Counted from the stretch's first letter, positions 34,275 through 45,099 are shown. The stretch is 64,000 nucleotides of DNA from Blastocatellia bacterium (GCA_025057015.1 JANWYG010000008.1:15848-79847), one strand, 5' to 3'. Program-made: numbers and translations. Notes: a model not told the origin generated them from the sequence alone.

Positions 34275-35330
34275 TTAACGAAACTTGGACTGTACAAAAG
34301 CACGATCCTGAGCCTTTTCGAGTGCTGCTTCTAGCGTTACTACCTGCTCTTGTACTAATTTAATCAGCGCCATATCCATGGTTTGCATTCCTTCAGCCGC
34401 TCCAGCTTGCATGTATGAAGCTATCAAGTTTGTTTTACCTTCGCGTATCATGTTAGCTAAAGCAGGGCTACTGATGAGTACTTCGACGGCAGCGATTCGG
34501 CCACGGCCATCGGCAGTTTTCAGTAGCTGCTGTGCTATTACGCCTCGTAGCACTTCTGCCAGCATTACTCTGATTTGAGGTTGCTCTTCTGGTGGATAGA
34601 CGTCTATTATTCTATCAACCGTCTTCATGGCGCTGTTAGTGTGTAACGTCCCGAAGACTAATATTCCGAACGAGGCTAGAGTTAGCGCTAGGGAGATGGT
34701 CTCTAGGTCTCGCATCTCGCCTACGAGTAGTATGTCTGGGTCCTGACGACCGGCAACTTTGAGTGCAGAGTGGAAACTTGAGGTGTGCGCTCCTATCTCG
34801 CGTTGCGTAATGAGCGAGCGTTTGTTCTGATGCACAAACTCTATGGGATCTTCTATGGATAGAATGTGCTCTTCGCGAGTTTCGTTTATGTAATCTATCA
34901 TAGCAGCTAGCGTAGTAGACTTGCCGCTACCTGTAGGCCCTGTGACCAATATGAGCCCAGAACGTGAATCAGCTAGTTTCTTCACAAGTGGCGGCATGCG
35001 AAGCTGCTCTAGGGAGGAAACCTTGCTAGGGATCAATCTAAACACTGCACCAAGGCCTCGGTGCTGAAAGAAGATATTTCCGCGAAAACGGCCTACGCCG
35101 GCTAATTCATAGGCAAAGTCCAGATCTAAATTCTTTTCTAAGTGCTCACGTTGAGCCGGTGTGAGTATCTCATAGACGTACTCACGGTTGGACTTCTGGG
35201 TGAGTACGGGAAATTTTGTCGGTACTAGGTCGCCATTTAGCCTTAGCATCGGTGGCCGACCCACTACCATATGCAGATCAGAGGCTCCAACTCGCTTGGT
35301 CTCTCTGAAAAAATCATCTATTGCTGCCAT
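34275..35330 (-). CDS. pilT: Type IV pilus retraction ATPase PilT
   Basis: GASDLHMVVGRPPMLR, Walker A GPTGSGKSTT, HILSIEDPIEF, ILVGEMRD, GTLHTNSA and AIERIID-like blocks. Confidence 0.9.
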   Translation of the reverse strand: MAAIDDFFRETKRVGASDLHMVVGRPPMLRLNGDLVPTKFPVLTQKSNREYVYEILTPAQREHLEKNLDLDFAYELAGVGRFRGNIFFQHRGLGAVFRLIPSKVSSLEQLRMPPLVKKLADSRSGLILVTGPTGSGKSTTLAAMIDYINETREEHILSIEDPIEFVHQNKRSLITQREIGAHTSSFHSALKVAGRQDPDILLVGEMRDLETISLALTLASFGILVFGTLHTNSAMKTVDRIIDVYPPEEQPQIRVMLAEVLRGVIAQQLLKTADGRGRIAAVEVLISSPALANMIREGKTNLIASYMQAGAAEGMQTMDMALIKLVQEQVVTLEAALEKAQDRAFVQSKFR

Positions 35331-35334
35331 TTCC

Positions 35335-37119
35335 TTATCCTCTGGCTGCTAGTAGCTCTAGCTGTTTTTTATCTACAGCATATTCTAAAGCACGCTGCAG
35401 AGTTATCTTTCTACTTTGTACGAGTTCTAACAGAGCATCGTCCATTCGCTTCATGCCTATGTTTCTCGATGTTTGCATAATGCTAGGTATCTGAAAGGTC
35501 TTTTTGTCACGAATAAGATTAGCTACTGCAGGAGTACCGAGCAGTATCTCAGCTGCTAGGACCATGCCTGAATCGTCTACAAGTGGTATGAGTCTTTGAG
35601 AGATGACAGCTCTCAAGGACTCAGAAAGCATCGTGCGTATCTGATTCTGTTGGCTTGGAGGAAAAGATTCTAATATTCTTTCTATTGTTTGATGGGCACT
35701 AGACGTCATTAGCGTACCCATGACAAGATGGCCTGTTTCGGCTGCTGTGACCGCAAGCGAGATAGTCTCAGGGTCACGTAGCTCACCTACTACGAGTACG
35801 TCGGGATCCTCTCTAAGTGCTGCTCTTAAGGCGTTAGCATAAGATAGAGTGTGCCGCCCTACTTCGCGCTGATTTACTATAGCACGTTTGTTAATCGAGT
35901 GAACAAACTCTATCGGATCCTCTATAGTGATGACATGAAGCGGCCGTTCTGAGTTTATAACGTCTACAAGAGAAGCTATGGTAGTTGACTTACCTTGACC
36001 AGCAGGCCCTGTGACAAGTATTAGGCCTTGGTGATATCGAGTCAGCTCGCGTACCAGAGATGGTAGTCCGAGGGCCTCTGGTGGTAGTATCTCGCTTGGC
36101 ACGACATGAAAAGTCAGATCTATGCCACGGTGTTGACGCAAAACGTTCGCTCGAAACCGTCCTATGCCGACTAGCTCATAGCTGAAATCTAGATCACCTT
36201 CGGAATCAAATTTTTTGAACTGCTCTTCAGTGAGGATCTCTTTGACTAAAAGCCGAGCCTTATCTATGTCCATAGCTTCGGCTTCCAGTCGGATGAGCGA
36301 GCCAAAGCGACGTAGTATAGGCGGAGCGCCTGTGGCAAGATGAACATCTGAGCATTTCATCTTTACAGCCCGCTCTAAGAGCTTTTCTAACTCCAGTTTG
36401 ACCTTTTCTCGGTCTGTCAGACTAGGACTTTTAGGAGCTGTACTTAACGTGAGGGAAGGTAGCGGCCCTGAAGCTCTCTTTAAAGTCAGCGCAGGAGGGA
36501 GATTCAGAGGCTTTTCACTATCGCTTACACTGACATGTTGTGGAAGTGGTGCCGTAGTATCAGTGGTACCTGTAGGTTGTTGTGGTGGTGTGCTAGGCAG
36601 TTCTGCTGCAGGATGTGAGACGGGCTCCTGAACTTTACTCGGTTGTGGCTTGCCTACAGGTGGTAGCGGAACTGTCTGAGCGGAAACAGTTGAAGGCTCC
36701 TGTAACGGCTGCGCAGTCGGTATTGCTTTTGGTGGCAAAGGTCGCACGGGCTGTGCCATAGGAGGTGGTTCGTCGGTGGTCAATGGCTGTGCCATCAACA
36801 GTGGCTTTGCCCGAGGTAAAGCTGGACTGAAGATAGCTTTTATACCATTACTTTCCTTGGTTATGGCGACTTCAACGGTGCTCATGCCTTCTGGAGAATA
36901 CTGAAAGCTGGTAGAGGGTTTGCCTACCAGGTCTACCTTCTTGCTTTCAGGCATAATCGGTGAAACCAGTCTGAACACGTCGTAGGGTGTAAGTGGTGAC
37001 TTAGTTATGTCTTTCGTGCCTACTGGAGTTACTACGAAGGCGTTCTTACCTGCCTCTAGAACCAGTCTGTCTGCTCCTAGCGAATGCATTGCCTTCAGAA
37101 GTTGATCTATGGGTAACAT
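35335..37119 (-). CDS. PilT/PilU-family ATPase paralog with an extra N-terminal domain and a ~150-aa Pro-rich linker
   Basis: The C-terminal 350 aa are PilT-like (CSDVHLATGAPPILR, GPAGQGKSTT, ITIEDPIEF, VVGELRD). The N-terminal ~100 aa resemble a degenerate PilT N-domain. The middle is P/Q/T-rich. Confidence 0.8.
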   Translation of the reverse strand: MLPIDQLLKAMHSLGADRLVLEAGKNAFVVTPVGTKDITKSPLTPYDVFRLVSPIMPESKKVDLVGKPSTSFQYSPEGMSTVEVAITKESNGIKAIFSPALPRAKPLLMAQPLTTDEPPPMAQPVRPLPPKAIPTAQPLQEPSTVSAQTVPLPPVGKPQPSKVQEPVSHPAAELPSTPPQQPTGTTDTTAPLPQHVSVSDSEKPLNLPPALTLKRASGPLPSLTLSTAPKSPSLTDREKVKLELEKLLERAVKMKCSDVHLATGAPPILRRFGSLIRLEAEAMDIDKARLLVKEILTEEQFKKFDSEGDLDFSYELVGIGRFRANVLRQHRGIDLTFHVVPSEILPPEALGLPSLVRELTRYHQGLILVTGPAGQGKSTTIASLVDVINSERPLHVITIEDPIEFVHSINKRAIVNQREVGRHTLSYANALRAALREDPDVLVVGELRDPETISLAVTAAETGHLVMGTLMTSSAHQTIERILESFPPSQQNQIRTMLSESLRAVISQRLIPLVDDSGMVLAAEILLGTPAVANLIRDKKTFQIPSIMQTSRNIGMKRMDDALLELVQSRKITLQRALEYAVDKKQLELLAARG

Positions 37120-37147
37120 AGCAGTTCCTTCATATAGTCAAAGACGG

Positions 37148-38707
37148 TTAAAGTGTTTGCAGTGGCGCCGTAGATATTTCACGACCGAGCTTCTGGACAG
37201 TGTGTACTCGCCAGCGCTCGTTGTCCTTTTCTGGAAAGTCTGTTCTGTAATGGCCACCGCGGCTTTCAGTCCTAAACAGTGCTGCTTCAGTAATCAAGTT
37301 GGCTACTGTGACAAAGTTTGCCGTGGCGGTATTCCTAGCCTGCTCGGCGAGCAAGCTGAGTTCGTTATGTGCTGTTTGTAGTCCGTGAGCACTACGGCAG
37401 ATGCCAACATAACGCCACATGATCTGCTTTACTCGGTGCTTTATTTCTGGATCTATATGCTCTTTTGGCAGTAGTCCTTCTTCATCTGACGACAACTCAT
37501 GCCGTGGCTGTGGAAGAGATAGCTTGTCGCTAAGTGCTGCTTGTGCAGCACGAGCTCCAAAGACAAGTCCCTCAAGCAGTGAGTTGCTTGCTAAGCGGTT
37601 TGCTCCGTGTACTCCGGTAGAAGCTACTTCTCCAGCAGCATAAAGCCTCGGTACTGAAGTGCGCCCCCACAGATCTGTTCGGACACCGCCCATAAGATAA
37701 TGTGCTGCGGGACTTACTGGGATGTAATCTTTGGTGATATCGTAGCCGTATGTGAGGCAGGTCTCGAATATCTTTGGGAAGCGTTCTCGCAGAAACTTGG
37801 AAGGAAGATGCGTCATGTCTAGATAGACGACGTTGCTTGCAGACTCGCTCATCTCTGAAACGATAGCTCGACTTACTATGTCACGAGGTGCAAGCTCGCC
37901 GCGCGGATCATACTTTTGCATAAAGCGCTTGCCAGCACGATTGAGCAAGTAGCCACCCTCACCACGTACAGCTTCGGAGATGAGAAAACGAGGTGCGTCT
38001 GGTATGCATAGCGCTGTAGGATGAAACTGCACAAATTCCATGTCGTATATCGCTGCGCCCGCATGGTATGCCATAGCTATTCCATCGCCTGTAGCTACAT
38101 CAGGATTAGTTGTATGGGAATAGAGTTGTCCTCCGCCACCTGTTGCTAGAATGACCGCACGTGCATAAATTAGTTTCCTTTGCTGCTGATCGATGAATCT
38201 TACGCCTACCGCTTCGCCGTCTTTCAGCAGCAGGTCTAGAGTGATTGCATGCGCTAGCATATGTATCTGTTTGCTGCGACGGGCTACGGCAAGTAACGAC
38301 CTGACTATTTCCCTGCCTGTAGAGTCTCCTTGCGCATGTAGTATTCTGTTGCGCGAGTGAGCCGCTTCTTTAGTGAATACTAGCCTGTTACCCTCGCGAT
38401 CGAACTGTGTCCCCCAGTCGATCAATTCGGTTATGTATTTGGGACCTTCCTCGACTAGGACCTTGACGGCAGCTTCGTCACATAGCTCTGCTCCTGCTGC
38501 TATAGTATCGTGAAAATGAAGAGCCACCTCGTCGTCATCGCTGAGCGCAACAGCTATGCCACCTTGTGCGTATTCTGTATTCGACTCACTGATCCTATCC
38601 TTAGTAAGCACAGTTACTTCAGCACCGGCTTCAGCTAGTCCAATAGCAGCGCGCAGACCTGCAATCCCGCTACCTATTACTATATAGTCTGTTTGGTTGG
38701 AACTCAT
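37148..38707 (-). CDS. nadB: L-aspartate oxidase
   Basis: DYIVIGSGIAGLRAA FAD motif, succinate dehydrogenase/fumarate reductase flavoprotein-like blocks, GLYAAGE-type motif (RLYAAGEVASTG) and a length of about 520 aa. Confidence 0.9.
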   Translation of the reverse strand: MSSNQTDYIVIGSGIAGLRAAIGLAEAGAEVTVLTKDRISESNTEYAQGGIAVALSDDDEVALHFHDTIAAGAELCDEAAVKVLVEEGPKYITELIDWGTQFDREGNRLVFTKEAAHSRNRILHAQGDSTGREIVRSLLAVARRSKQIHMLAHAITLDLLLKDGEAVGVRFIDQQQRKLIYARAVILATGGGGQLYSHTTNPDVATGDGIAMAYHAGAAIYDMEFVQFHPTALCIPDAPRFLISEAVRGEGGYLLNRAGKRFMQKYDPRGELAPRDIVSRAIVSEMSESASNVVYLDMTHLPSKFLRERFPKIFETCLTYGYDITKDYIPVSPAAHYLMGGVRTDLWGRTSVPRLYAAGEVASTGVHGANRLASNSLLEGLVFGARAAQAALSDKLSLPQPRHELSSDEEGLLPKEHIDPEIKHRVKQIMWRYVGICRSAHGLQTAHNELSLLAEQARNTATANFVTVANLITEAALFRTESRGGHYRTDFPEKDNERWRVHTVQKLGREISTAPLQTL

Positions 38708-41316
38708 TTTTGTGCTCCCACTACGACTACAGTTAAGTTAACTGGGTCTAAATACTTCTTAGCTACATGATAGACCTCATCGACGCTTATTGCTTCAATA
38801 ATAGTAGGAAAACGCTCCAAGTAATCCAAACCTAGATCAAAGATCTCAGCTTTTACCAAAAAACCGGCTATCTGGGCATTCGTCTCCAGATTAAAAACAA
38901 AGCTGCCTGTCAGATAGTCTTTTGCAACTTGTAGCTCTTCTCCTGTAACAGGCGTTTCTGTAATAAGCTTAAGCTCTTCTATTATCAAGTCTGTTGCTTT
39001 CTGACGGTTCTCTGGTGAGGTACCTATGAACGCAACAAAACGGCCCGGATCTATTCCAGCCGAACGAGTTATATTGCTGTAGGTATGATAGGCAAGACCT
39101 TGTTCGTCGCGCAGACGCCTTGGTATCCGCGAGGTAAAACCCGGTGAACTGCCCAGTATGGTGTCTAGCACAAGCAGCGCATAGTAGTCAGGATTGGTGC
39201 GCTTAATCCCCAAATGCCCCATAAAGATATTCACTTGCTCCTTTTCTTTATGGATATACTTGCTTATAGGTTCACGCTGCCTATTAATCTCTGGTACAGC
39301 AGGCAACCTAAGCTGCTTGGGCTTCCATAAAGCAAGGGCTCGCTCCAGTTTTAGTTTTACTTCTTCGCGGTTTATGTCACCTACAACCGCTAGAATGGCG
39401 TTGTTTGGGCAGAAGTATTCTTCGTGAAAAGCAACTAGATCGTCTCTGCTGATGTTGCTAACCGTATGAAGATAGCCTATTCTTGGGCGATGAGCAGGAT
39501 GCCCTCTATATATTATTTCGTTTAGTGCGTCAGAAGCTACCGTCTTTGGATTGTCCTCTCGGCTTTTTATCTGAGCTATGTGACGATCAAGCTGTTTATC
39601 AAGCCTTTGCTTGGGAAAAGTAGGCCTCGTTAAGATGTCGGCTAGCAGGTCTATACCCAAATCTAAATCGGATTTAAGAACGGTAATCGAAATACCGCTT
39701 TGGGCATAGCCACCAAATGAGCGCAAGTGGCCTCCGACATTTTCAATCTGCTCGGCTATCTCCTCGAAGGATCGACGCTCTGTACCTTCATCGAGCATTT
39801 CACCTAGTAAAGATGAAAGGCCTGCTTTTTCTTCGGGTTCGTATCGTGCGCCTGCGTTTACTACTGCGTGTAGCGATACTGCTGGAACGTTATTCGTTAC
39901 TGCAGTCAAGAGTTTTAAGCCCGAGTCTAGCGTCGTACGTTCTATATCAGGTTTAGGCATTTTTCTGTAACAAATGCCATATCTGGAATGCTTGTAGTGG
40001 CCTAGCGTCACTTTGGCTGAGGTGCTTCTAGCAGAATTACCGTCGTTGACAAGCAAGCCTACGGTACGGCTGCGATCAGAAAAGTATTTTGCAGCAACGC
40101 GCATTATGTCTTCTGCTGTTACTGCTTTAATGTGTTCAAGGTAGTGATCTAGATACAGGTAGCCGCGCTCAGTTTCTGGTAATTCAGTACTCTGTGCTAT
40201 CGTCTCGAACTGTCCTAGCAACATTGCCTGTTCTAGCACAGTTTCATGGCCAAGTATGAAGTTTGCCTCGATCTGTCGCTTGACGCGTTCTAGTTCAGCT
40301 TCCGATACTGGTTTTGTAGCTAGCTCTTCAAGCACTTCAAGAATAGCTGCTTCTACCGAGCTGAGCGTCTTGCCAGGCCTAACTTCAGCTTGTATGTAAA
40401 ACAATGGCGGATCTATGTGATCATGAAAGCTAGCTTTGGCATAGGTAACTGATTGGTCTTCTTCTTGAAGTCTTTGGTAAAGCCTTGAACGCCGGCCTGA
40501 GGAAAGTAGCATCGCAAGCAGCTGCATAGGAAAAGAGTCGCTGTTGCTAACGCTTGGCGCGTGAAAGGCTATCATTAGCCGCTCAACAGGAGTAGGGCGT
40601 TTTACAACAACTCGTTTTTCACCTCGCTGAGGTGGCTCGACTATGGAAAAACGCTTGGGTTCAGGCCCTGCTGGAATGTGCCCAAATAGCCGCTCGATAC
40701 GCTCAAGAGCATCATCTGTGTTGAAATCGCCTGTCAGTACAAGTATAGCGTTGCGGGGATGATACCATTGATCATAGTAGGCTCGCATGTCTTCTACAGT
40801 GGCGTTGATGAGATCGTTCATCCAACCGACGGTAGGATTGTGGTAAGGATGCTGTTTAAACGCCGTCGCCCAAACTTCCTCTTCGAGGGCATCCCAAGGT
40901 CCATCTTGTCCTATTTGTAACTCTTCTATGACGACCTGCTTTTCAGCAGCGAACTCTTCAGGTGAAAAAATAGTCTCTCGCATCCTGGAAGCTTCTATGT
41001 CGAGTGCTATATGCCAACGGTCGCTTGCAAAGGTAAAGTAATAACTAGTGAAATCAAGCCAAGTGAAGGCATTGTTGTGTCCGCCGTTCTTTGTAGTAAC
41101 TAAGTCTATCTCGCCTTTCGCATATTTATTCGTGCCCTTAAAGAGCATATGTTCCAGAAAGTGAGACTTGCCTGTTTGTCCAAGCTCTTCGTTCCTAGAA
41201 CCAACTCTATACCAGATCATTTGTGAGACTATTGGCCGCGAATGTACTTCTTTGGTTAATACTGTAAGACCGTTCGAAAGTACTGTGCGTCTGACGTCTG
41301 AACAGAGAGAGATCAT
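38704..41316 (-). CDS. Fused double M16 (pitrilysin/insulinase) zinc peptidase
   Basis: The first half carries HFLEHMLFKGT (HxxEH). The second half is M16B-like and non-catalytic. A 4-nt overlap with nadB lies downstream. Confidence 0.85.
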   Translation of the reverse strand: MISLCSDVRRTVLSNGLTVLTKEVHSRPIVSQMIWYRVGSRNEELGQTGKSHFLEHMLFKGTNKYAKGEIDLVTTKNGGHNNAFTWLDFTSYYFTFASDRWHIALDIEASRMRETIFSPEEFAAEKQVVIEELQIGQDGPWDALEEEVWATAFKQHPYHNPTVGWMNDLINATVEDMRAYYDQWYHPRNAILVLTGDFNTDDALERIERLFGHIPAGPEPKRFSIVEPPQRGEKRVVVKRPTPVERLMIAFHAPSVSNSDSFPMQLLAMLLSSGRRSRLYQRLQEEDQSVTYAKASFHDHIDPPLFYIQAEVRPGKTLSSVEAAILEVLEELATKPVSEAELERVKRQIEANFILGHETVLEQAMLLGQFETIAQSTELPETERGYLYLDHYLEHIKAVTAEDIMRVAAKYFSDRSRTVGLLVNDGNSARSTSAKVTLGHYKHSRYGICYRKMPKPDIERTTLDSGLKLLTAVTNNVPAVSLHAVVNAGARYEPEEKAGLSSLLGEMLDEGTERRSFEEIAEQIENVGGHLRSFGGYAQSGISITVLKSDLDLGIDLLADILTRPTFPKQRLDKQLDRHIAQIKSREDNPKTVASDALNEIIYRGHPAHRPRIGYLHTVSNISRDDLVAFHEEYFCPNNAILAVVGDINREEVKLKLERALALWKPKQLRLPAVPEINRQREPISKYIHKEKEQVNIFMGHLGIKRTNPDYYALLVLDTILGSSPGFTSRIPRRLRDEQGLAYHTYSNITRSAGIDPGRFVAFIGTSPENRQKATDLIIEELKLITETPVTGEELQVAKDYLTGSFVFNLETNAQIAGFLVKAEIFDLGLDYLERFPTIIEAISVDEVYHVAKKYLDPVNLTVVVVGAQK

Positions 41317-41861
41317 CTTGCTGTTCCTCCGCTGTACCTATCCGTAACTGAGTTCCAAAGTAATCTTGCCTTTAATATAAACTCTATGCTTTCACGTACG
41401 GCACCTTGGCCGCCGCTTTTAGAGGTGATGATATGTGCTGCTGCTTTCACTTCGTCGACCGCATCTCGAACAGCTATGGCGAGACCAACATAACGCATAG
41501 CCGGCAGGTCTGGTAGATCATCGCCTATAAAAGCGGCTTCTTGCGCAGAGACTCCTGCTAGCTCTAGTATTCTTATAAGCTCAACAAGCTTATCCGACGA
41601 CTGCTGTACTAGAAAATCTATACCTAGCTCTCGAGCTCTATACTCTAAAGCTTTAGAGCTCCTTCCGGAAATAATAGCAGTCCTAAGCCCGGCCGCCTTA
41701 GCAAGAGTCAGACCTTGTCCGTCGCGTGAATGAAAACGTTTTATATCTTCACCGCCGGACGACAAAATAATTGACCCATCGGTAAGTACTCCGTCACAGT
41801 CCATAGCTAGAAGTTTTATTCGAGATGCACGCTCTACAGCAGGACCTTCTGTTTTGTACAC
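41313..41861 (-). CDS. kdsC: KDO-8-phosphate phosphatase (KdsC family HAD hydrolase)
   Basis: IKLLAMDCDGVLTDG, IISGRSS, FIGDDLPDL and GGQGAVRE blocks. Confidence 0.75.
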   Translation of the reverse strand: MYKTEGPAVERASRIKLLAMDCDGVLTDGSIILSSGGEDIKRFHSRDGQGLTLAKAAGLRTAIISGRSSKALEYRARELGIDFLVQQSSDKLVELIRILELAGVSAQEAAFIGDDLPDLPAMRYVGLAIAVRDAVDEVKAAAHIITSKSGGQGAVRESIEFILKARLLWNSVTDRYSGGTAR

Positions 41862-42049
41862 TTGTCTATCCTAGTATCTCAAGAGGCTAGCTTTGCACAG
41901 GCAAGCACCTGGTGTTTAATATACAGCAGCAATAGTCTTATTCAAGATAGGCACTTCCGCGCTAAATAGCCAATGGCTTTAATTTTTAAATTGCGATTCA
42001 CTGCTGGTATTGCCTATAGTTTCCGTCATATTTATTAGAAAGGAAGCAG

Positions 42050-43372
42050 ATGCGAAAGCCGTTAGCTCTACATACTAGGATCTTAGTAGGTTTGTTGACA
42101 GGTACGATTTTAGGAATAACAGTAAACTACTTCCTTGGCGGTGCACATCCTGCGGTCGAGTGGACGGTACGTAATGTGACCGAGCCTGTGGGTACGCTCT
42201 TCTTGAGGCTGCTGCTGATGATAGTCATACCACTTGTGTTTTCCTCACTCATAATAGGAATAGCAGGCGTAGGTGATGTTAGTAAGCTCGGCAGAATAGG
42301 TGCAAAGTCGTTTCTTTACACCTTTGTCTTTTCTGCTATTTCTGTAGTGATAGGGCTAGTGCTAGCAAATACTATCCAACCAGGACGTAAGCTCGATCCT
42401 AACACCTCTGCTAGTCTAAGAGCTCGCTACGGACAAGACGCAATGGCTCGTGTAGAGTCAATCAAAGCCGACCCAGTGAGCAAAGACTCGATGATGATGC
42501 AGTTCGTGAAGACTATCGTGCCGTCTAATCCCATATCAGCGGTTTCTTCGGAAACGCCAAACATGCTTCACCTGATGTTCTTTGCTCTTATCATAGGGAT
42601 AGCAGTAACGCTTCTGCCTGAGGATTCTACCGCAAGTTTGTTGTCCGTGCTGCAAGCTGTGTATGAAGTGACGGCGAAGATAATACAATTGATAATGAAT
42701 CTTGCACCGTATGCCGTAGCATGCTTGCTGTTTAGCAATACCTCTCGTTTCGGATTAGACCTTCTGAAAGCACTTTCCTGGTTTGTTATAACCGTGTTAC
42801 TTGGCTTGTCGATACATATGTTTGTGGTTTACTCTCTGTCGCTACGGTTGCTATCACGAATTTCGCCTATAGAGTTCTTTAGGCGTATCAAGGTAGTGGT
42901 AATAACTGCTTTTTCTACTTCTTCATCAAACGCAACCTTGCCTACAGCACTCAAAGCGACGGAGGAAAACCTAGGAGTACCGCAGCAGATTTGTAGCTTC
43001 GTTCTTACCGTAGGAGCTACAGCAAATCAAAATGGTACGGCACTTTACGAAGGCGTGACAGTGCTGTTTATAGCTCAGCTTGCCGGCGTAGAGCTTAGCT
43101 TGTTTCAGCAGTTGTTGGTCGTATATCTAGCTATTCTCGGCGGCATAGGCACGGCTGGTGTGCCTTCTGGCTCAATCCCTTTCGTAATAGGTGTGCTTGT
43201 GAGCTTGAACATAGATGCCGGGTTGATAGCAGTCATCCTAGGAATAGATAGATTTCTGGATATGTGTCGTACTACGTTAAACGTAGTGGGAGACATAACA
43301 GTAGCTACTTACGTGGCTCGTTCAGAAGGTTATGAGTTACTAAAAAGGCAAGAGGTAATGGCAGATGCATAA
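42050..43372 (+). CDS. Dicarboxylate/amino acid:cation symporter (DAACS, GltP-like)
   Basis: About 440 aa. Has SSSNATLP and the NQNGTALYEG and VGDITVA motif regions typical of the DAACS family. Confidence 0.85.
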   Translation: MRKPLALHTRILVGLLTGTILGITVNYFLGGAHPAVEWTVRNVTEPVGTLFLRLLLMIVIPLVFSSLIIGIAGVGDVSKLGRIGAKSFLYTFVFSAISVVIGLVLANTIQPGRKLDPNTSASLRARYGQDAMARVESIKADPVSKDSMMMQFVKTIVPSNPISAVSSETPNMLHLMFFALIIGIAVTLLPEDSTASLLSVLQAVYEVTAKIIQLIMNLAPYAVACLLFSNTSRFGLDLLKALSWFVITVLLGLSIHMFVVYSLSLRLLSRISPIEFFRRIKVVVITAFSTSSSNATLPTALKATEENLGVPQQICSFVLTVGATANQNGTALYEGVTVLFIAQLAGVELSLFQQLLVVYLAILGGIGTAGVPSGSIPFVIGVLVSLNIDAGLIAVILGIDRFLDMCRTTLNVVGDITVATYVARSEGYELLKRQEVMADA

Positions 43373-43889
43373 GATGTCAGCGTTAATATTGTTTGCTTTG
43401 TGTTTACTTTATCAGTCGGTACCGGCGCAACGAGAACCAACGGCCGAAAAGAAGGCGGATGATAAGATGGCTAAATTGATAGACGAAGTCTCAAAGTTGA
43501 GTGCTAGCATAGAGAGGCTAAGCCGTAGTCAAATGGCTCTAGTGCTTGCGCTGCAGCTTGAAAATCAGCAGCGTAGGGCCGAACGTTTAGAAGACAGACT
43601 GAGCAATATAGAAGACATGTCTAATACTCTAAAGTCAGAGATAGATGCGCTTGAATCTCGATTGGCAAATATAGAGAAGGAGCTGCTATCTAGTAGCAAC
43701 ATTAACCGTCGCGAAGCTGAGCAGCAGGCCCGCAACTCAATAAGAGAGCAAAAGGGTGATCTCGAACAACAGCTTCTCGAACTTGACGCAAAGCGGCTAA
43801 AAATAAACAGCGAGCTAGACGAACTACGTCGTAATATAGAGGTATTAACTACACGTGTTATGCGTTACGCCGTACAGATGGATGACTAG
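43365..43889 (+). CDS. Secreted coiled-coil protein, unknown function
   Basis: Has a signal peptide and a heptad-rich, E/L/R-rich sequence. It overlaps the upstream gene by 8 nt. Confidence 0.45.
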   Translation: MHKMSALILFALCLLYQSVPAQREPTAEKKADDKMAKLIDEVSKLSASIERLSRSQMALVLALQLENQQRRAERLEDRLSNIEDMSNTLKSEIDALESRLANIEKELLSSSNINRREAEQQARNSIREQKGDLEQQLLELDAKRLKINSELDELRRNIEVLTTRVMRYAVQMDD

Positions 43890-44953
43890 CGTTCTTGGTA
43901 TGACTGCCGATAAGTCAGTATCAGCCGCTTGTTGTCAGGCTGACCATCACCATCTATATCTACATGAACTTCTATTTTGCGTTTCTTACCTTGGCGACGA
44001 GTGTTCGTAGGTGAGTAAGCTAAGGTGTACTGGCTTCTAAGCAGCATTGTTATTGCCTCTAGAGTAGTTGGTAGCTCGCCTTGAAATGTTACAGGGAAAT
44101 AAGCCCCTCCGGAGAGTTGAGAAAAAGAACGTAGCTGATTGGCTGCTTGTAGCCAAGTCAGACGCTGTTCAGGAGCCATTCTGTCTTCGTAAATCTTGAA
44201 AAAGAGGTTACCTATGCCGATGCTGTAGATCGGGATGCCAGCATTTTCTACGAGTTTTAGTGCCTGGCTGTAGTTGATCTTGCTGAAAGTATCCAAACCA
44301 GAGCTTATAAGTAGTATCGCTGCGTTTCCTTGTAGCTCCTGGATACCGCCATACTCTACACCATCCAATTTGCCGCCTTGTATTACGAATTTCAAGGCAT
44401 CGAAGAGATTACTCTCGCTCCAGGCAGGTAGATTTCGGATGAGTATTCCTATGCTGCCGCTGAGTACCGCTGGATCGTCGGTAAAGTCGTTTAGTACGGC
44501 CGGCTTGATATCGTAGGCGACTATGGCAACTTGATCCTTCGGACGTACGAAACGCGTGACAAATAGTCCGGCAGGATTAATTATTTCATTGCGAAATAGC
44601 GTTATCTGCCGACTGAATTCAAGCAGCAGTACGAGAGTAAAGGGAGCTTCAGTTGCTGCAAAATTGACGATTTCTTGTTTTACTCCGTCTTCGTATACAG
44701 CGAAATTGCTTGCCTTAAGGCCTTGATATATCCCTCCGGTCTTTTTGTCTCTTACAGTGATCGGCACCGTGACCAAAGAAGTCTCTATCTTGATGGTTTC
44801 TCCTTGGACGGTTTCGTCTTCTATCTTCTGCACGTCTTTTTTCTTTACGTCTTTCTCGTTTTCAGTACGCACCTTACCAGATTGAGCGTCGACTTGTAAT
44901 ACGGTGACTGAACCAAGCACCAAGGTTAGCAACAAGATGATACCTTTTTTCAT
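43886..44953 (-). CDS. VWA-domain protein of the 'VWFA-related acidobacterial domain' type
   Basis: Signal peptide followed by IKIETSLVTVPITVRDKKTGGIYQGLKASNFAVYEDGVKQEIVNF, which matches the N-terminal signature of that family as I remember it. Confidence 0.7.
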   Translation of the reverse strand: MKKGIILLLTLVLGSVTVLQVDAQSGKVRTENEKDVKKKDVQKIEDETVQGETIKIETSLVTVPITVRDKKTGGIYQGLKASNFAVYEDGVKQEIVNFAATEAPFTLVLLLEFSRQITLFRNEIINPAGLFVTRFVRPKDQVAIVAYDIKPAVLNDFTDDPAVLSGSIGILIRNLPAWSESNLFDALKFVIQGGKLDGVEYGGIQELQGNAAILLISSGLDTFSKINYSQALKLVENAGIPIYSIGIGNLFFKIYEDRMAPEQRLTWLQAANQLRSFSQLSGGAYFPVTFQGELPTTLEAITMLLRSQYTLAYSPTNTRRQGKKRKIEVHVDIDGDGQPDNKRLILTYRQSYQER

Positions 44954-45099
44954 CAGCGAATCCCCTTTTTTCTTCAGATTACAACAGTTTCTGTAGAGTT
45001 GTCATCGATGTATAAGCGTTCCAAATGTGATTGTTTGTATGTTGTCAGATAAGATAAACTAGTTGTGTTGGTAAATTGTATTACTACAAGAAGTTAGCG

